A stretch of DNA of 64,000 bases from a virus (Duplodnaviria; Heunggongvirae; Uroviricota; Caudoviricetes): the IMG/VR virus record IMGVR_UViG_3300043433_000105, positions 1-64,000 of that record, one strand, 5' to 3'. The notes beneath the pieces are model-generated. The model did no database searches. It was not told the DNA's origin and saw only the letters and a list, made by a program, of their open reading frames with translations. The stretch's first letter is position 1. Every line of letters begins with the position of its first letter. Shown piece by piece: positions 39,837-49,181 of the stretch. A program made the position numbers and the translations under genes.

Positions 39837-40094
39837 TTATACCATCAAAACAAAAACAAGTGTAGAAATAAGAGAACTGATTATCAATGCAATTGGGCTT
39901 GCCAAAAGATTTAAAGTGCTACGATCTTTGACAAAAAGCCATAAAAATTTTTCAATAGGTTTAATCAACACTGGAACGCACATTATAAAAATGAATGCCG
40001 CAACCATAAATGGGAATGCGTATTCTGAATTATTCAATGCCTCATCAATACGCTGTTGAGCAATACTATTGTAGATGATTACGGATTGAGTCAT
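39837..40094 (-). CDS. small membrane protein
   Basis: 85-aa hydrophobic ORF after a promoter cassette. Confidence 0.3.
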   Translation of the reverse strand: MTQSVIIYNSIAQQRIDEALNNSEYAFPFMVAAFIFIMCVPVLIKPIEKFLWLFVKDRSTLNLLASPIALIISSLISTLVFVLMV

Positions 40095-40134
40095 ATGTTT
40101 ACCTTTTGAATTTTGATAAATGAATTATAACAGA

Positions 40135-40509
40135 TTATTTGCCGTACCAGTAAACCATATTAGCCCACTCAGGTTTATTTTTAAATTCGATAGTGTCATT
40201 ACCATCTTCTTCAGTCTTATCCCAATATACATAGTCGCCAACATAATAATGACCTGCATGAAAACAGCACCATTGGCATGTTTCATCTGTTGTTATAGAA
40301 CCACTCAACACCTGCTCTTTGAAGGTACCGATATCAACTAAAGACCCCCAACGAATGGAAGATTTGACAGTCGCTTTAGAAAGTTTTTCTAGCTCGAATA
40401 GATGGTTGTCAGATGCGATTTCGATCATAATTAACCCTAAGTTACTTGTAGATTCGGAAGAGTCGAATTTTTTTATGAGAAACAGCCTCAATACTCTCTG
40501 GATCAACAA
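40135..40509 (-). CDS. hypothetical protein
   Basis: 124-aa ORF after a cassette. Confidence 0.35.
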   Translation of the reverse strand: MLIQRVLRLFLIKKFDSSESTSNLGLIMIEIASDNHLFELEKLSKATVKSSIRWGSLVDIGTFKEQVLSGSITTDETCQWCCFHAGHYYVGDYVYWDKTEEDGNDTIEFKNKPEWANMVYWYGK

Positions 40510-40714
40510 AAATATTAGATTTTGGTAGCTGAGAGCCGTACTTTGTCAGTGCGCCGCTATACGAAAATCCACCTGTTAGTGTAAATTCGTATTTGTCACA
40601 ATAGAAGAAAAAGATGTTTCCGCTTTTCAGAAAAACGCGCACTTTAAATTTTTTGGGGAAGATTTTGTAGCCGAAGAGTTTCATAGTGTTACCTTTTGTG
40701 TTTCGATAAATGAA

Positions 40715-41179
40715 TTATACCGCAACTTTAATTACAGCGGATGGATTTGTGAGTGTGACTTTCTTTTCAAGACCTTCACCTTCGACGGTGAACTTGCGGG
40801 TCATCCAACCACAACCTTGATGATACACATCACCGAGTTTGGTGATCTTCACGAGACAGACAACGTTTTTGATAGCAGCGTAAACTGTGTCACCAACAAA
40901 CAACTCGTTACCGTTCTTGTCGAATGCAACAACGAGGTCTTCGTAGTTGACGAAATCAGCACAGTGCTTCGCAGTAGGAACCATGCAGCCGCCTTTTTCA
41001 GCGTAACCATGACGTTCTTGCTTGAGTCGCAGGTTCAGTTCAGGAATGTAGATTCCGTCACCATATTTTGCAGAATCAACTTCTGTGGATTCGGGAAATG
41101 CTCGTGCGTTGCAACCTTGACCTTCAACAACTTTACCAGCATGTTCACCAGTCTTGATCAAATAACGTTGCTTGTTCAT
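40715..41179 (-). CDS. hypothetical protein
   Basis: 154-aa ORF after a cassette. Confidence 0.4.
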   Translation of the reverse strand: MNKQRYLIKTGEHAGKVVEGQGCNARAFPESTEVDSAKYGDGIYIPELNLRLKQERHGYAEKGGCMVPTAKHCADFVNYEDLVVAFDKNGNELFVGDTVYAAIKNVVCLVKITKLGDVYHQGCGWMTRKFTVEGEGLEKKVTLTNPSAVIKVAV

Positions 41180-41222
41180 ATTGTTACCTTTTGTGTTTCG
41201 ATGACTAGATTATAGCACAGAT

Positions 41223-41513
41223 TTAGAATTTCAAAGGATTATCTGGATTATTTTTATTGTATTCAGATAGCTGTTTTTGTTGTTCTATAAAATCATCAAG
41301 GTCAAAGTCTTTGACTGCCTGTTCTTTCATCATAGCTTCTCTGCGTTCCTTTGCTTTGCGCAATTCTAAAGCAGCATCGAACCTAGAAGCGATTTCTAGT
41401 TCTTCTTTGGTGAATCTGGTGGGGTAGTCAGTAAGACCATACATAAGGCGCACATCAGCTAAGGCACGTGACATGGCTGGAAATTTTGGGAATGTGATGT
41501 ATTGTTCTGGCAT
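41223..41513 (-). CDS. hypothetical protein
   Basis: 96-aa ORF. Confidence 0.35.
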   Translation of the reverse strand: MPEQYITFPKFPAMSRALADVRLMYGLTDYPTRFTKEELEIASRFDAALELRKAKERREAMMKEQAVKDFDLDDFIEQQKQLSEYNKNNPDNPLKF

Positions 41514-41813
41514 TTAAACATCTAAAAAAGTTGTATTCGCTAATCTCACCAAAACATCACCATGGCAACGTTTTGGTCGGCACCAGCAACCCAAAACTTT
41601 CCCTTCTAACTCATGAAGAGATTTGATTAGATCGGGCTGATTTAGTAACCACTGCTCATACTTTTCGATCACATCATCGCGATATCCATCTTTACCTATA
41701 GTAAATGGATTTCCCCATTTACTAGGTCTTCCTATGTAAACATCATAGGCTTCTTCACAGTGATTAACAACTCTTGGCATAATATAAATGTTGGCAGGCT
41801 GGACACAACTCAA
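41514..41813 (-). CDS. DUF4326-like protein (NADAR-related fold, tentative)
   Basis: YDVYIGRPSKWGNPF...LGCWCRPKRCHGDVL pattern typical of DUF4326. Confidence 0.5.
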   Translation of the reverse strand: MSCVQPANIYIMPRVVNHCEEAYDVYIGRPSKWGNPFTIGKDGYRDDVIEKYEQWLLNQPDLIKSLHELEGKVLGCWCRPKRCHGDVLVRLANTTFLDV

Positions 41814-42093
41814 TTAGTCTGCGCTTCGATGTTTAACGCCCTTACGGGTTCCGCAGCACCTTTTAATACCCACCAGGGGAATTTGACCAACAAATAGTGG
41901 TGAAGTTTTTTACATTTCAGTTTTTGTAAAAATTCAACTGCTCGGGGTAAGATTTTGTGGATTCGGTTCGAAGAGTAACAATACCAGAACCATCACACAT
42001 TTCATACTGAACAAATCCTGCCAGAGTTTTTGACTTTCCTACAGCACTTGAGTTGAAGTCGATACGCTTACCACAATTTTTTAAGGAACCGTT

Positions 42094-42912
42094 ATGTCCA
42101 GCAAAACTATTTATTCATGCCACATCTGCGCTGCATCTTTTGACAGCAAAAGTGCTTTAGGTGGTCATCATGTTTCACACCGTAAAAAGAAATCGAAATT
42201 CGAAGATAAGGTGTGTTGTATTTTTACAAAGAAAATTTTCCATGTAAGAAATTTAGAAAAGTTCCAGCAAGGCTTAGTTGGAACCTATTCCGAAATTCAC
42301 AATTGTAAAGAGTGTCAGCGCCTAATATCTGTCGATAAAGAATTTTGTGGGTTTTCCTGCAGAGCAAAACATTTTAATGAAAAACGTAAAAACTCTAATT
42401 GGAAGCAAAGCGACTTCCAAAAGCAATCGGCATCGGATCACAGAAAAATAAAATCTGCCTTGAATAAAGGCGAAATATATATTGCGAAGTACACAAAAAT
42501 AAGTTGCAATGTATGTAAACTATGCGACTTTTATTGGGTTTCGCAGTCAAAGAAGAATATTTGCTCTGATTGTGAAAAAATAGATTTAAAAACAATCCAA
42601 CGAAAGAAAAGGTCGGAATACCTTTTTAATTTCGATGTTAAGAGCTATCCAGATTTATTCGATCTGAATATGGTTGAATCGATTGGGTGGTATTCACCAT
42701 CTAAAAAATATAATAGAAATCTGAATGGGTTGACCAAGGATCATATTATCTCAGTTTCAGACGCGATTAAAAACGACTACGACCCTTACTACATTAAACA
42801 CCCAATGAATTGCAAACTAATGCGACAATCAGACAATTCAAGGAAGAAAACAAAAAGTAGTATGTCATACAGTAAACTAAAAAGATTAGTTGAACTTTAT
42901 GACATGAGCTAA
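42094..42912 (+). CDS. zinc-finger HNH-type homing endonuclease-like protein (paralog 1, intact)
   Basis: N-terminal C2H2-like CHIC...H..H; C-terminal NGLTKDHIISVSDAIKNDYDPYYIKHPMNCKLMRQSDN (HNH-like). Confidence 0.55.
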   Translation: MSSKTIYSCHICAASFDSKSALGGHHVSHRKKKSKFEDKVCCIFTKKIFHVRNLEKFQQGLVGTYSEIHNCKECQRLISVDKEFCGFSCRAKHFNEKRKNSNWKQSDFQKQSASDHRKIKSALNKGEIYIAKYTKISCNVCKLCDFYWVSQSKKNICSDCEKIDLKTIQRKKRSEYLFNFDVKSYPDLFDLNMVESIGWYSPSKKYNRNLNGLTKDHIISVSDAIKNDYDPYYIKHPMNCKLMRQSDNSRKKTKSSMSYSKLKRLVELYDMS

Positions 42913-42926
42913 CGTTCCGTTTTGAA

Positions 42927-43196
42927 TTAATCGAACCAAATATCTTTGATCATAGGGATGCACCATGTATCAGGATAGTAGGTCATAGACCTCCATACAC
43001 CATCATGGCCTTTGAGGATATATCCATAGATACGAATACCATCTACTATGAAAATATCTACGAGTTTCATTTGATCACTTTCAACATAATATTCTGGTGG
43101 AGGTAACAGGAATCGAACCTGCGACCTACGACTTTCACTAAAAGATAAATATATGGTACTCACGAAATTAGCCGTTTCCAGTACCTCTAGCCACAT
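42927..43196 (-). CDS. hypothetical protein
   Basis: 89-aa ORF; 3' part overlaps the tRNA fragment. Confidence 0.25.
   Translation of the reverse strand: MWLEVLETANFVSTIYLSFSESRRSQVRFLLPPPEYYVESDQMKLVDIFIVDGIRIYGYILKGHDGVWRSMTYYPDTWCIPMIKDIWFD
43091..43138 (-). pseudogene. tRNA 3' fragment (T-arm + acceptor 3' strand + CCA)
   Basis: Reverse complement GTCGCAGGTTCGATTCCTGTTACCTCCACCA; no matching 5' half is adjacent. Confidence 0.4.
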
Positions 43197-43222
43197 TATA
43201 ACACAATTTCAAAGGAACTGCT

Positions 43223-44093
43223 ATGACCAGCAAAACTATTTATACATGCAAATTTTGCACCAAAACATTCACAACATTATTAGGTTTAAACGGTCATGCT
43301 AGAATGCATGGTAAATCTAATGGTAAAACAACATATCCCATTAGGGTTTGCTGTTTTTATACACGCAAAGTTGTTAGTGCTTCAAAATTAGAATCTTATC
43401 AACAAACATTATTAGGGTCAACATGCGGTGTTCATCCTTGTGACGGATGCGGCAATTTTATTTCAGATAGAACAAAATACTGCTCTGCGTCTTGTAGTGC
43501 GGCAATAACAAACAAAGATTACCTAAATCTCAAGAAACCAAAAACAAGATTTCACAAACTTTAAAAAACAAGCCTAAGAAATTAAAACCATTTGAGTTTA
43601 AACCAGTAAAAATAAAGAAAACTGATATTCTTGGACAATTCTCTAAACTTTTTCATTGCAAATGCTCACACTGCGGTGTTCTAAGTATAACACGAATAGC
43701 AAAGAAGTATTGTGAAACTTGCTCACCAATTTATTGTACAGAGCCAAGAAACAGATATAAATTTACATTCAATGTTTACAAATATCCCGACATTTTCGAC
43801 TTAGAACTTTTAACAAAAGTTGGTTTTTATGCACCAAGAGGTAAATCAGGCAGTTGGAATCCCAATGGGCTTTCCCGCGATCATAAAGTATCAGTCAATG
43901 ACGCACTGAAAAATAATTATGAACCATTTTACATTACACATCCATTAAATTGTGAATTAATGCCGCATCAACAAAATAACAAGAAAAAGAGTAAATCTTC
44001 AATTTCGTACTCAGAACTTGTTAAAATGGTTGATGACTATCAAAACACATTGCTCCAAGCCGAGGCATCGAACCTCGCCTAGAATTCCTTCCA
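43223..44093 (+). pseudogene. zinc-finger HNH homing endonuclease paralog 2, frameshifted
   Basis: ORF stops at 43564 in an A6 tract (cTTTAAAAAAc); the -1 frame continues through NGLSRDHKVSVNDALKNNYEPFYITHPLNCELM to 44093. Confidence 0.55.
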
Positions 44094-44147
44094 GTCCTCC
44101 GGTTAACAGCCGGGAGCCTTCACCAAGCCAGCACGCTTGGAGCAATA
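44059..44147 (-). tRNA. type-II tRNA (long variable arm; anticodon loop CTGTTAA, GUU?)
   Basis: Acceptor TCCAAGC/GCTTGGA, T-arm CGAGG-TTCGATG-CCTCG, 6-bp variable stem; isotype unresolved. Confidence 0.45.
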
Positions 44148-44172
44148 TGTTCTGTGGAATAAATTCTATTTG

Positions 44173-44248
44173 TAGCGGATACTGGATTTAAACCAGTGAC
44201 CTCTTGGTTATGAGCCAAGTGAGATAGATCGGGCTTCTCTAATCCGCA
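44173..44248 (-). tRNA. tRNA with CAU anticodon (Met/Ile2), mismatch at 1:72
   Basis: Anticodon arm CTTGG-CTCATAA-CCAAG; T-loop TTTAAAT; D-stem GAGA/TCTC. Confidence 0.5.
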
Positions 44249-44268
44249 ACAAATAAAACTCTACTTAT

Positions 44269-44457
44269 TCAACCATACCTTTTACCACAAAAAGATGGTG
44301 TGATATCAGAATCCTCAATGCGCTTGTTTAACTCAATTTTACTCGAATGCCTGTGTGCGCGTTCTTCAGTCTTCATAATTTTCTTAACACTGGAATATTT
44401 TTTTGCAAATTTACATTGGGTGCAAGAGCAAGATTTTGGTGTAGATTTATTTGACAT
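44269..44457 (-). CDS. small zinc-ribbon protein
   Basis: CSCTQC...C. Confidence 0.3.
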   Translation of the reverse strand: MSNKSTPKSCSCTQCKFAKKYSSVKKIMKTEERAHRHSSKIELNKRIEDSDITPSFCGKRYG

Positions 44458-44479
44458 TTGAATTCTTTCATATAAAACT

Positions 44480-44555
44480 TGGTACCCCGTACCGGATTTG
44501 AACCAGTGTACCCACCGTGAAAGGGTGGTGTCCTAGACCTCTAGACGAACGGGGC
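44480..44555 (-). tRNA. tRNA-Glu (UUC)
   Basis: Acceptor GCCCCGT/ACGGGGT, anticodon arm CCACC-CTTTCAC-GGTGG, T-arm ACTGG-TTCAAAT-CCGGT, encoded CCA. Confidence 0.7.
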
Positions 44556-44834
44556 ACATAAAAATTCGTGGTTAACTTGGGATTCTTACCCCAGACTTCA
44601 TTAAGAGTACGTTCAAACCATATACTCATGTCTATTTTCTATCAGTTGATCAGGCTGACATTAATTTGAAATTCGCTCTACATTCACAACTTTCGACTCA
44701 CTTGCACCAATTGATCTGTATGTTTGTGCCATTATAGCATATTGCTCTGCAATTTTCTTTGGGTCTTCTTGTTCATCGATCACATCAACTACAATTTCAA
44801 CCACAATCGCATATTTGCTCATTGTCATACTTAT

Positions 44835-45017
44835 TTACTTCTCAATTTTAACACAGCGCATGCTAGATGCATTACCATGTTTACCTTCAGTATCTTTTAT
44901 GAAGTCAACGATTGCTACCTTACACTTTTGTTCGCTCGAAAACTCAAGCGTTGGAACTACGTAGTTCCCAAAGTGACCATTTGAAACAACTGCGATTAAT
45001 ACCCATACTGTGTTCAT
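44835..45017 (-). CDS. hypothetical small protein
   Basis: Downstream of the cassette at 45018-45060. Confidence 0.3.
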   Translation of the reverse strand: MNTVWVLIAVVSNGHFGNYVVPTLEFSSEQKCKVAIVDFIKDTEGKHGNASSMRCVKIEK

Positions 45018-45081
45018 ACTTATTTACCTTTCGTTTTCGATGACTTAATTATAACACACAAATACTAACAAAACAACATTT

Positions 45082-45172
45082 TGGCGGAAAATATGCGATT
45101 CGAACACATGCTGCTATTTCTAACAGAACTTAGATTAGCAATCTAGTACCTTACCACTCGGTCAATTTTCCA
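45082..45172 (-). tRNA. tRNA-Ser (GCU), type II
   Basis: Acceptor GGAAAAT/ATTTTCC, T-arm ATGTG-TTCGAAT-CGCAT, anticodon loop TTGCTAA, about 20-nt variable arm. Confidence 0.55.
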
Positions 45173-45177
45173 CAGCT

Positions 45178-45255
45178 TGGGGTGTGATAACGGATTTGAA
45201 CCGTTGACCCTCGGAATCACAATCCGATGCTCTAACCAACTGAGCTAATCACACC
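45178..45255 (-). tRNA. tRNA-His (GUG)
   Basis: GGTGTGAttAGCTCAGTTGGTTAGAGCaTCGGAttGTGatTCCGAgggtcAACGGttcaaatCCGTT...CCCCA. Confidence 0.75.
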
Positions 45256-45582
45256 ATTATATTTCGAAGTTGACAACTTAACCGCAATCTCTCTCAACTT
45301 CTAGAACTGGCTTCAAGCGGTCTAACCATCCAGTTCTTTTTATTCTTTGAACGAATACACGGCGTTATTTGAGATCAAACCCATAACTTTTGTCGTTCAG
45401 CCAACTCTTTCCGCTATTGTTTGCTTTCATTACCCTACTGAACCGACTTCCTTTCGTAAACGTCACATCCAGCCACAGTTGAAATTATCGCCCGTACTTA
45501 GATATGAAGACCAGTTCTTTGCGCTCTGGCTCGGTTTCCATCTACTCTACTACTAACAAACAACTTAGTATTTCTACATTAT

Positions 45583-45658
45583 AACACAATTCTGGTGGGG
45601 CTGGATGGATTTGAACCACCGACGCGCAGAGCTTCAATCTGCCGCTCTACCAACTGAG
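45583..45658 (-). tRNA. tRNA-Phe (GAA)
   Basis: GGGGCTGtaGCTCAGTTGGTAGAGCgGCAGAttGAAgcTCTGCgcgtcGGTGGttcaaatCCATCCAGCCCCacca. Confidence 0.75.
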
Positions 45659-45666
45659 CTACAGCC

Positions 45667-45742
45667 CCCAAAATTATGGTGAGTCTTGACAGACTTGAAC
45701 TGCCGACCTATGCCGTGTAAGGGCACTGCTCTCCCAACTGAG
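45667..45742 (-). tRNA. tRNA-Val (UAC)
   Basis: GGGTCTTtaGCTCAGTTGGGAGAGCaGTGCCctTACacGGCATaggtcGGCAGttcaagtCTGTCAAGACTCacca. Confidence 0.7.
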
Positions 45743-45837
45743 CTAAAGACCCGTATTAGGACAAGATTCGCACTTGATAGAAGTCATTATACACCACTTC
45801 TGGTGTTTCTGCGGGATAATCTATCCGCGCCGAACTT

Positions 45838-45920
45838 TGGTGCTGGCGGTGAGACTCGAACTCACGTAGGTTTCCCGACGGCTTACAAAACCGTTGCAAT
45901 TGCCGCTATGCGACACCAGC
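45838..45920 (-). tRNA. tRNA-Thr (UGU) with an unusually long (12-nt) variable region
   Basis: Acceptor GCTGGTG/CGCCAGC, anticodon arm ACGGT-TTTGTAA-GCCGT, T-arm GTGAG-TTCGAGT-CTCAC, CCA. Confidence 0.6.
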
Positions 45921-46038
45921 TAATCTAACAATAATGGCATGCCGAGAAGGAGTTTAACCTCACCTCCTATCGCGAATAGGCGCTCTGACGTTGAGGATTT
46001 AGTTGCGCACCTCTTTAAGCTACCGACATATAAAACTT

Positions 46039-46114
46039 TGGCATACCCCGTAGGCATCGAACCTACAACCTTCGGATTTGGAATCCGACGCTCTGCCAGT
46101 TGAGCTAGAGATAT
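46039..46114 (-). tRNA. tRNA-Trp (CCA)
   Basis: Acceptor ATATCTC/GGGGTAT (G-U rich), D-arm GCTCAACTGGCAGAGC, anticodon TCGGA-TTCCAAA-TCCGA, T-arm GTAGG-TTCGATG-CCTAC. Confidence 0.6.
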
Positions 46115-46129
46115 ACATAAAATTCTTTG

Positions 46130-46202
46130 TCGGTGGGGATGGGTATGAACCACCAGCCTCTCGCAACCAAAACGCGAGTGTTCTATCTTGAACTACCCAC
46201 CG
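46130..46202 (-). tRNA. tRNA-Gln (UUG)
   Basis: Acceptor CGGTGGG/CCCACCG, D-stem GTTC/GAAC, anticodon TCGCG-TTTTGGT-TGCGA, T-loop TTCATAC; no encoded CCA. Confidence 0.6.
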
Positions 46203-46376
46203 ACAAAGAATTCTAAAATGGTCTCGGTAGAAGTGCTCGAAACTTCCCCTCATGCTCCCAAAGCACGTGCGCCGCCATCAACGCTTTACCGAGATTTAAT
46301 TATATCACACTTTTATAGAGTGTCAACTATTTATGCGTATCCAGAACCTTCGTTCATTTCAAATCCTTAAAATTTG

Positions 46377-46407
46377 TGGCAGGCCGTGTAGGATTCGAAC
46401 CTACGAC
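46377..46407 (-). pseudogene. tRNA 3' fragment (T-arm + acceptor 3' + CCA)
   Basis: Reverse complement GTAGGTTCGAATCCTACACGGCCTGCCA, fused to the same 90-bp block that precedes HNH paralogs 2 and 3. Confidence 0.35.
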
Positions 46408-46497
46408 TTTCACTAAAAGATAAATATATGGTACTCACGAAATTAGCCGTTTCCAGTACCTCTAGCCACATTATAACACAATTTCAAAGGAACTGCT

Positions 46498-47070
46498 ATG
46501 ACCAGCACAACTATTTACTCTTCACCAAAATGCTCTTGCGTAATATGCAAGAAAGAATACTCATCAAAGGGTATAAATTCTCATTTCTTATCTGAACATG
46601 GTACAGATGAAGAAAAGTTCAAAATGAGAAAAGGTGCAAAACTCGGAATGGAAGCAAACAACAAAATTAGAAAAGTTAAAGCAGCTTCCAAATTAGAGAA
46701 ACATACATACAACTACAATCTCTCGCCTAATTTTTGTAAACAATGTAATTGTAAAATTCCATTCAGTAAAAAATCAAATACATTCTGCTCAAAATCATGT
46801 TCCGCAACTTTCAAGAATTTATCAGAGGGTGCCAAAACAGAAGATTGCAAATTAAAAATATCCAAAAAGTTAACTGGTCGTAAAAGTACACATAAACGTG
46901 AAAAAATTTACGAGGGGCCATATACTCGTCTGGTTGGTTATTTCAGTGGCTCATGTGCAACAATTCTCAAGGGTGCTACCCTGTTGCTTCCTCAACCCGC
47001 GAAGGTTGATTTGCTGATTTTCTGGTTCTCTTTATACCGCACTGATACAAGCATTCCAGAAGACTTTTGA
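46498..47070 (+). CDS. zinc-finger HNH homing-endonuclease paralog 3 (C-terminally truncated/degenerate)
   Basis: N-terminus MTSTTIYSSPKCSCVICKKEY paralogous to 42094 and 43223; lacks the DH...N HNH tail. Confidence 0.45.
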   Translation: MTSTTIYSSPKCSCVICKKEYSSKGINSHFLSEHGTDEEKFKMRKGAKLGMEANNKIRKVKAASKLEKHTYNYNLSPNFCKQCNCKIPFSKKSNTFCSKSCSATFKNLSEGAKTEDCKLKISKKLTGRKSTHKREKIYEGPYTRLVGYFSGSCATILKGATLLLPQPAKVDLLIFWFSLYRTDTSIPEDF

Positions 47071-47750
47071 ATTCCAGTTCTTATTGATGCCCTTCTAAGA
47101 ACTGTAAATGTCACAACATGCCTTTGTCCGACTCTTTAAAGGCACAAGTCAGTCAGTTTTCCTGACTACAAGAATCCTCATACGAGAATCCTCTAACTTG
47201 CGTCTGACCTTGAGACATAAAATAATCAGCCATGCCAACTATTTGATCATCTTGTATCAGAATGGCTACTCCTAAGCCTACCTCCAACAGTAATTTCTAA
47301 AGAACTATTCAGCAATCAACTCGATCATTAATTGCTGTTGTGCTTATTATAGCACAGATTTAAAACTTATTCATCACGTTGAAAATGTAACACGTAAAAG
47401 AATACTGCGATTAGTGCCGAAACGGTTTGGTTAAAAACATCAACACTTGAAATAGGGCTTTCAATAACATGATCAAAAAACAATTTCGTAATAAAGCCTG
47501 CCAAAGAATAGCAGATAGCAAACCCAATAAAAGTTTTCCATTTTTGTTGCATATATTATCCTTGTTTAAACTGGCAACCATCACGACCCATCAGAACTGC
47601 ACGATTAATGCAGTTATAGATAGCACTCTTCATTGCCTTTGTCCCACCACTAATCAGTGCATCAAAGATTTCTATCATGCACTCATCAACGAATTGCTTA
47701 AACGTTCCATCGTATTTCATAGCGAACCTATTTTGTTTTCGATGTGCTTA

Positions 47751-48545
47751 TTATAGCATGGTTTTGGTGTGATAGTCAAACAAGGCATTAAAAACTGATT
47801 TGATATCATGATCATAAAAGCCTGAACTGTTAATGTTGTTAAATTCCAACACTTTAACTTCGTCATCGACCAAAGCAGTATCCATTACCACACAATCACA
47901 TGGTAACCATACATCAGCCAATCTTTGCGCTTCTTCAATCACTGCAGTGTCTAATTCCTGCTGTAAATTCATTTGATCATGGGCACGGTACATTGACCCA
48001 GATATGACTTTACCACCAACAATGAACCAACGCCACTCGGCCTGAATAGTCTTTGGGGTATTGATCACGATATCAGTTTCCGGTGCCATGTAATAGCTAC
48101 CTGGGCCACTTTCCATCATCGACTTAAACCATTCAATGATTTCCTTTGGCTCCATTACGGTACCAGAAAATTGCTTATCATCAAGGCTAGGTCGAATGAA
48201 GTATTCTTTATGCCAACGATCTTGATTGTTTTCAAGAAAAAATACCAACTCTTTTGCCGTTTGAATTTGATCATTCACCATATCAGAACGGTGTTCGACA
48301 AAGTTGTGATAATTCAACTTGGTAAGGTCATGATGCAAACCTTTCCATCCTCTTTTAGCTGCAACCCGAGCCAATAGGTTAGAACCGTAGGGAATATAGT
48401 TTAAACCTCCCAGGTCTTCGTTTGCCGCGATTTCTTCGGTAAATGGTATAGCACCTACCCAAACAACGGGAAGATGGCCTGTAGCCCTTCTAATCTTTTC
48501 AAGCGACTGAGCGTTAATGAGGTTGTGTTGGATTACGAATTTCAT
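47751..48545 (-). CDS. ATP-grasp fold enzyme
   Basis: FIRPSLDDKQFSGTV, EWRWFIVGGKVISGSMY, DEVKVLEFNNINSSGFY (ATP-grasp C-terminal E-x-N motif). Confidence 0.6.
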   Translation of the reverse strand: MKFVIQHNLINAQSLEKIRRATGHLPVVWVGAIPFTEEIAANEDLGGLNYIPYGSNLLARVAAKRGWKGLHHDLTKLNYHNFVEHRSDMVNDQIQTAKELVFFLENNQDRWHKEYFIRPSLDDKQFSGTVMEPKEIIEWFKSMMESGPGSYYMAPETDIVINTPKTIQAEWRWFIVGGKVISGSMYRAHDQMNLQQELDTAVIEEAQRLADVWLPCDCVVMDTALVDDEVKVLEFNNINSSGFYDHDIKSVFNALFDYHTKTML

Positions 48546-49012
48546 GCTAGTTCTTTCGCATAACAAATAAGTTCATCCAGTGTATCAACCATGGGAATAT
48601 TAAACCGATCACAAATAATTTCCACATTACCCTTGCGCCAAAACCCATCAGGGCAACAAACAACAGCATTGCGATATTGACCTGCAATTAACCCTAACTC
48701 CATTAGAGTAATAGGTGATTTCGTGTTTGGATCAAAGTAAAAAACAATAAGCGAAGACTTAAACAAGTGATCAATTTCCCAATTGACTTGCTGATTGAAC
48801 TGCTTATCATGAATGCTTTGAACCCATGAAGAATCCCAGTCATCGCGGCGAGGATTGTAGATAGTTACTTCAGTACCACTTAATGCTAATGCGGTCGTGA
48901 GTCGAGTTTGCCAGTCTTCAGCAACACCCATTTCAATAGAGCCTGCCAGAAAAATGGAAAATTCATTCGATTTTACACTACTTGTATCTTGCGGGGATTT
49001 AAAAATTTTCAT
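48542..49012 (-). CDS. nucleoside 2-deoxyribosyltransferase-like protein
   Basis: IFLAGSIE...W......YNPR...SSLIVFYFD...ITLMELGLIAG pattern of the NDT/DUF4062-like fold; start at MKIFKSP. Confidence 0.45.
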   Translation of the reverse strand: MKIFKSPQDTSSVKSNEFSIFLAGSIEMGVAEDWQTRLTTALALSGTEVTIYNPRRDDWDSSWVQSIHDKQFNQQVNWEIDHLFKSSLIVFYFDPNTKSPITLMELGLIAGQYRNAVVCCPDGFWRKGNVEIICDRFNIPMVDTLDELICYAKELA

Positions 49013-49181
49013 AGCTTGTTCAACTCTCGCCAACCGAGTTTTGCAATATGATATTTTTGGTGTCATCTTCACCAACAAGTAAACCACCAAAGATATGAAC
49101 AAATTTTTTAGAACTCATGAAAAAATGAGTACAACCAGCACGTTCTTGTCGAATTGTTTTAAGTTTTCGTTGTTTCATAAA

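Noticed and set aside
45686-46253. ORFs 45686-45928 (+), 45920-46153 (-) and 46020-46253 (-)
   Set aside because: They run through well-folded tRNA genes (Val, Thr, Trp, Gln) and their translations are tRNA-sequence artefacts.
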